Shown here piece by piece: positions 60,599 to 64,000 of a stretch of DNA of 64,000 nucleotides; position 1 is the first letter of the stretch; the number at the start of each line of letters is the position of its first letter. The translations under genes were made by a program, and so were the position numbers. A model generated the notes under the pieces. That model was given only the letters and a program-made list of their open reading frames with translations, was not told where the DNA came from and ran no database searches. This stretch comes from an uncultured Oligoflexia bacterium (GTDB lineage Bacteria; Bdellovibrionota; UBA1018; CAYHWW01), in the NCBI GenBank assembly GCA_964475985.1, contig CAYYYP010000009.1, positions 14,662 to 78,661 on the forward strand, written 5' to 3'.

Positions 60599-61708
60599 TT
60601 GTACGCCCAAGGAGAGTTCATGTCCAAAAAGATGTCTAAAGGTAATCTAGAGTTCGACCCCAATGCTGCTGCATTGGACGGTGCAGGGATTTTTGGACTG
60701 CCTTTCCATGAAAACAATGCCTCCCTGGTAGTCATCCCGGTTCCTTGGGAAGTGACAACTTCCTACGGGGGCGGCACGAGCGAAGGGCCCAACGCGGTGC
60801 TTGAAGCAAGTTATCAAGTAGACCTTTTTGATGAAGTGTTAGGCAGCATTTATAAACCGGGGATTTTTTTTGATCAAACGCCACTTAAGTCCACGTCTCT
60901 AGTGAAGCGCTGGAATCGTGAGGGCCGAGCGCTTGCCCAAAAAATCATCGCCAAGGGCGGGCGCATTGATGGCAATAAAATGCTGCAAAAAACATTAAAT
61001 CAGGTGAACGATCTAGGCGAAAAAATGAACGAATGGGTACGCTCACAAACCCTTAAGCGCCTGTCTGAAGAGAAATTCATCGGCATTCTAGGAGGGGACC
61101 ATTCCGTGCCCTATGGCGCCATGCAGGCAATTGCCGAGGACGGACATTTTCTTTCAGGGGAATATGGGATTCTCCATTTTGATGCGCATATGGATACACG
61201 AAATGCGTACGAAGGATTTCAATGGTCCCACGCCTCCATTATGCACAACGTGATTACAAAAATACCCGAGGTCACAAAACTGGTTCATGTGGGTGTGCGA
61301 GATTTTTGTGAAGAAGAATTTGTTTTCTCCCAGGAAAATAAAGATCGGGTTTCTATTTTTTCTGACTTTAGAATTCGTGACCTGCAAAATCGTGGAGTTC
61401 CGTTTGAAAAGACCGCTCAAAATATCGTTTCAAATTTACCTCAGCGAGTATGGGTGTCTTTCGACATCGATGGGCTTGACCCAAGATTTTGTCCGAATAC
61501 CGGTACGCCCGTGCCGGGTGGACTCGAATTGCACGAAGCACTTTGCATCCTCAAAGCGGTCGTGGATTCAGGCCGGAAAATTATTGGTTTTGATTTGAAT
61601 GAAGTTGCACCAGCGGCTTCTGGAAAAAGTGAATGGGATGCGAACGTGGGTGCGCGGCTTTTATACAAGCTCTCAGGCTGGCTTTTTAAAAGTCAGAAGT
61701 TAATTTAA
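60599..61708 (+). CDS. Arginase-family ureohydrolase (agmatinase/formiminoglutamase-like)
   Basis: Mn-binding motifs GGDHSV, DAHMDT and SFDIDGLDP. The start is probably MSKKMSKG. Confidence 0.82.
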   Translation: MYAQGEFMSKKMSKGNLEFDPNAAALDGAGIFGLPFHENNASLVVIPVPWEVTTSYGGGTSEGPNAVLEASYQVDLFDEVLGSIYKPGIFFDQTPLKSTSLVKRWNREGRALAQKIIAKGGRIDGNKMLQKTLNQVNDLGEKMNEWVRSQTLKRLSEEKFIGILGGDHSVPYGAMQAIAEDGHFLSGEYGILHFDAHMDTRNAYEGFQWSHASIMHNVITKIPEVTKLVHVGVRDFCEEEFVFSQENKDRVSIFSDFRIRDLQNRGVPFEKTAQNIVSNLPQRVWVSFDIDGLDPRFCPNTGTPVPGGLELHEALCILKAVVDSGRKIIGFDLNEVAPAASGKSEWDANVGARLLYKLSGWLFKSQKLI

Positions 61709-61726
61709 ATTTATTTGTCTCACTTT

Positions 61727-61769
61727 GTTTGATTCATCAGGGGCGCTTTGACCCGCTGATGAATCAAAC
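61727..61769. terminator. Bidirectional terminator hairpin
   Basis: gtttgattcatcag and ctgatgaatcaaac form a 14-bp stem between convergent genes. Confidence 0.7.
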
Positions 61770-61782
61770 AAATCGTAAAAGA

Positions 61783-63477
61783 TTAAGCCCGAGCTAGTTT
61801 TTTATACTTAATGCGTTTTGGAATAAGACTGTCTACTCCCCTACGCTTCATGAGGTCGTTTTCATAATCGGTGTAATTGCCGTCAAAAAACACGAGCTGG
61901 GAATCCCCTTCAAACGCTAAAATATGCGTAGCAACCCGGTCTAAAAACCAGCGATCATGGCTGATCACAAGTACGCAACCGGCATAATGCTCAATTGCTT
62001 CTTCAAGGGCCCGGATCGTATTCACATCAAGATCGTTAGTGGGTTCATCTAACATCAGTACGTTGGATCCGCTGCGCAACATACGTGCTAGGTGAACACG
62101 ATTTCGCTCTCCGCCCGAAAGCACGCTCACACGTTTTTGTTGATCTTCGCCTTTGAAATTGAATCGGCCTACGTAAGCCCGGGAATTCACGTCACGCTTT
62201 CCAAGGGTAATGGTTTCATCACCGCCGGAAATGATTTCCCAAACGCTTTTACCGGATTCTAAAGAATCGCGATTTTGATCGACGTAACCAAGTTGCACGG
62301 AAGTGCCGATGGTAATTTTGCCTGAGTCAGGCTCTTCCTGCCCGGTGATCATTTTGAAAAGGGTCGTTTTACCGGCGCCATTGGGACCGACAATTCCCAC
62401 CACGGCTGACCTTGGGATTTTGAAACTCACGTCATCTAAAAGAATGCGGTCACCAAATGATTTTGAAACATGGTCAAACTCAATGACCTGTTCACCCAAG
62501 CGAGGACCCGGCGGAATGTAAATTTCGATATCTTCATCCCGTTTGTCGGCTTGTTCATTCACCAGCTTATCGTAGGCAGAGAGCCTAGCTTTGCTTTTTG
62601 CTTGGCGTGCCTTAGGAGAAGAACGCACCCATTCAAGTTCGCGCTGTAAAGTTTTTTGCAGTTTGCTTTCAGAGCGCTGTTCCTGGGCTACCCGTTTTTC
62701 TTTTTGCTCAAGCCAGGATGAATAATTTCCTTGGTAAGGAATGCCCTCACCACGATCAAGCTCAAGGATCCAACCGGCTACGTTATCTAGGAAGTAACGA
62801 TCGTGGGTCACGGCAATAACGGTGCCCGGATATTTTTGCAAATGCCGCTCAAGCCAATGCACGGATTCGGCGTCTAGGTGATTCGTTGGTTCGTCCAGCA
62901 AAAGAACGTCGGGTTGTCTGAGCAGGAGGCGACAAAGCGCAACTCGTCGTTTTTCCCCGCCTGAGAGGGAAGAAATTTTTGCGTCGGCCGGTGGGCAGCG
63001 CAGAGCATCCATGGCCATTTGGAGCCTACTGTCCAACTCCCAAATTTGGTGATGGTCCATTTTTTCTTGGAGTTCACCTTGGCGATTGATGAGCTTATCC
63101 ATGGTATCGGCATCCATTTCCTCACCAAATTTTATTGCAATATCTTCAAATTCTTTTTTGATGGCGATGAGTTCAGAAACGCCCTCTTCAACGCATTCGA
63201 TCACCGTTTTGTTTGGATCAAGATTGGGTTCTTGTTCCAAGTAGCCGGTGGTATAACCTTTATCTGAAGTTATCGTTCCTAAATAATCTTTATCAGTTCC
63301 GGCGATGATGCGTAACAGACTGCTTTTTCCCGCCCCATTCAGACCAAGCACCCCAATTTTAGCGCCGTAAAAAAATGAGAGGTAAATGTCTTTTAGAACC
63401 TGTTTTTTTGGTGGATGGACACGTCCCACTCCCTGCATGGAAAAAATAACTTTGTTTTGGGCGGGTTGTGCAGCCAT
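61783..63477 (-). CDS. ettA: ABC-F ATPase, energy-dependent translational throttle EttA
   Basis: Two ABC NBDs. The N-terminus [51 protein letters not shown] closely matches EttA/YjjK. Confidence 0.9.
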   Translation of the reverse strand: MAAQPAQNKVIFSMQGVGRVHPPKKQVLKDIYLSFFYGAKIGVLGLNGAGKSSLLRIIAGTDKDYLGTITSDKGYTTGYLEQEPNLDPNKTVIECVEEGVSELIAIKKEFEDIAIKFGEEMDADTMDKLINRQGELQEKMDHHQIWELDSRLQMAMDALRCPPADAKISSLSGGEKRRVALCRLLLRQPDVLLLDEPTNHLDAESVHWLERHLQKYPGTVIAVTHDRYFLDNVAGWILELDRGEGIPYQGNYSSWLEQKEKRVAQEQRSESKLQKTLQRELEWVRSSPKARQAKSKARLSAYDKLVNEQADKRDEDIEIYIPPGPRLGEQVIEFDHVSKSFGDRILLDDVSFKIPRSAVVGIVGPNGAGKTTLFKMITGQEEPDSGKITIGTSVQLGYVDQNRDSLESGKSVWEIISGGDETITLGKRDVNSRAYVGRFNFKGEDQQKRVSVLSGGERNRVHLARMLRSGSNVLMLDEPTNDLDVNTIRALEEAIEHYAGCVLVISHDRWFLDRVATHILAFEGDSQLVFFDGNYTDYENDLMKRRGVDSLIPKRIKYKKLARA

Positions 63478-63658
63478 AAAAACCTCCTCATAGATTTTGA
63501 ATCGAGAGCAAAACCCTAACCTGAAGCCGGGGCAGTCGTCACAGAAATTATTTTGACGATATACTTAAGCGCCATTGGATTTCGAAAGAAATTCCTTTGG
63601 AAATTTGCGCGGCTTACCCTAGATTCGTTCAGTGCAATAGTACCTGTAGCGGAGACCC

Positions 63659-64000
63659 ATGGAGAAGAAGAGCCTCTTCAAAAAACTAATCATCATTTTT
63701 CTCGTAGTCTTCATTGACCTCTTAGGTTTTGGGCTCGTGATTCCCATTCTGCCGTATTATGCGCGGGCCTACGGAGCGAGCGCTACGACCTTGGGGGCAT
63801 TATTAGGGGTCTATTCCCTGATGCAATTTTTTTGTGCACCTTTGTGGGGCGCATTATCTGATCGTTGGGGACGTAAGCCCATTTTACTCATCACGATTTT
63901 TGGCACGGCGGCAGCTCACACCCTTTTAGGTTTGGCGCAAAGCCTTGAAGTCCTATTCATCGGCAGACTTATGGCAGGACTTTTTGGTGCGAACATTTCA
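63659..64000 (+). CDS. MFS transporter (drug:H+ antiporter-like), 3'-truncated by the window edge
   Basis: MEKKSLFKKLIIIFLVVFIDLLGFGLVIPILP... and the GRKPILL motif typical of the MFS TM2-3 loop. There is no stop codon inside the window, so it is absent from the ORF track. Confidence 0.7.
   Translation, partial: MEKKSLFKKLIIIFLVVFIDLLGFGLVIPILPYYARAYGASATTLGALLGVYSLMQFFCAPLWGALSDRWGRKPILLITIFGTAAAHTLLGLAQSLEVLFIGRLMAGLFGANIS

Noticed and set aside
1-64000. Looked for CRISPR arrays, rRNA or tRNA genes, and transposase or integrase genes
   Set aside because: No regularly spaced direct repeats, no T-loop (GGTTCGAATCC-like) or rRNA signatures in intergenic regions, and no recombinase or transposase motifs in any ORF.

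Overview
The window is a 64-kb bacterial chromosomal segment of about 50% GC. It is gene-dense on both strands, with no rRNA, tRNA, CRISPR array, transposase or integrase that I can see.

Housekeeping genes I recognise:
- secA
- cinA-like
- PhoH2 (PIN-PhoH)
- a class I/II aminotransferase
- coaD and rsmD
- metG
- a pair of M16 peptidases
- an AceE-type 2-oxoacid dehydrogenase E1
- an FGE/SUMF1-family protein
- a RlmL-like THUMP methyltransferase
- a ZIP transporter
- a GMC oxidoreductase
- a stand-alone EF-G
- orn
- an SDR oxidoreductase
- DedA
- an agmatinase-family ureohydrolase
- ettA
- a 3'-truncated MFS transporter

Signalling genes:
- an overlapping sensor kinase / sigma-54 (NtrC-type) regulator pair
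- an HD-GYP phosphodiesterase
- CheY and a CheX-like protein
- two pseudo-receiver proteins

Regions without an obvious explanation:
- Two giant secreted proteins with no recognisable domains: 1616 aa at 4531..9381 and 1753 aa at 25168..30429, both Arg-rich and GC-elevated.
- Two copies of a composite palindromic element, each flanking one of the giant proteins, that share a ~32-nt core and differ by compensatory base changes.
- A 1077-aa protein that looks like a gamma-class N6-adenine methyltransferase with a destroyed NPPY motif but an intact TaqI-like recognition domain, translationally coupled to a 245-aa ORF.
- A ~300-bp GC-rich, hairpin-dense intergenic stretch at 52372..52680 that may be a structured RNA.
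- A perfect sigma-54 promoter upstream of a tandem-repeat lipoprotein.

The gene content (many c-di-GMP, sigma-54 and chemotaxis genes plus large secreted proteins) resembles Bdellovibrio-like predatory bacteria, but that is a guess. Every protein call is from reading the translations against motifs I remember, not from a database search.
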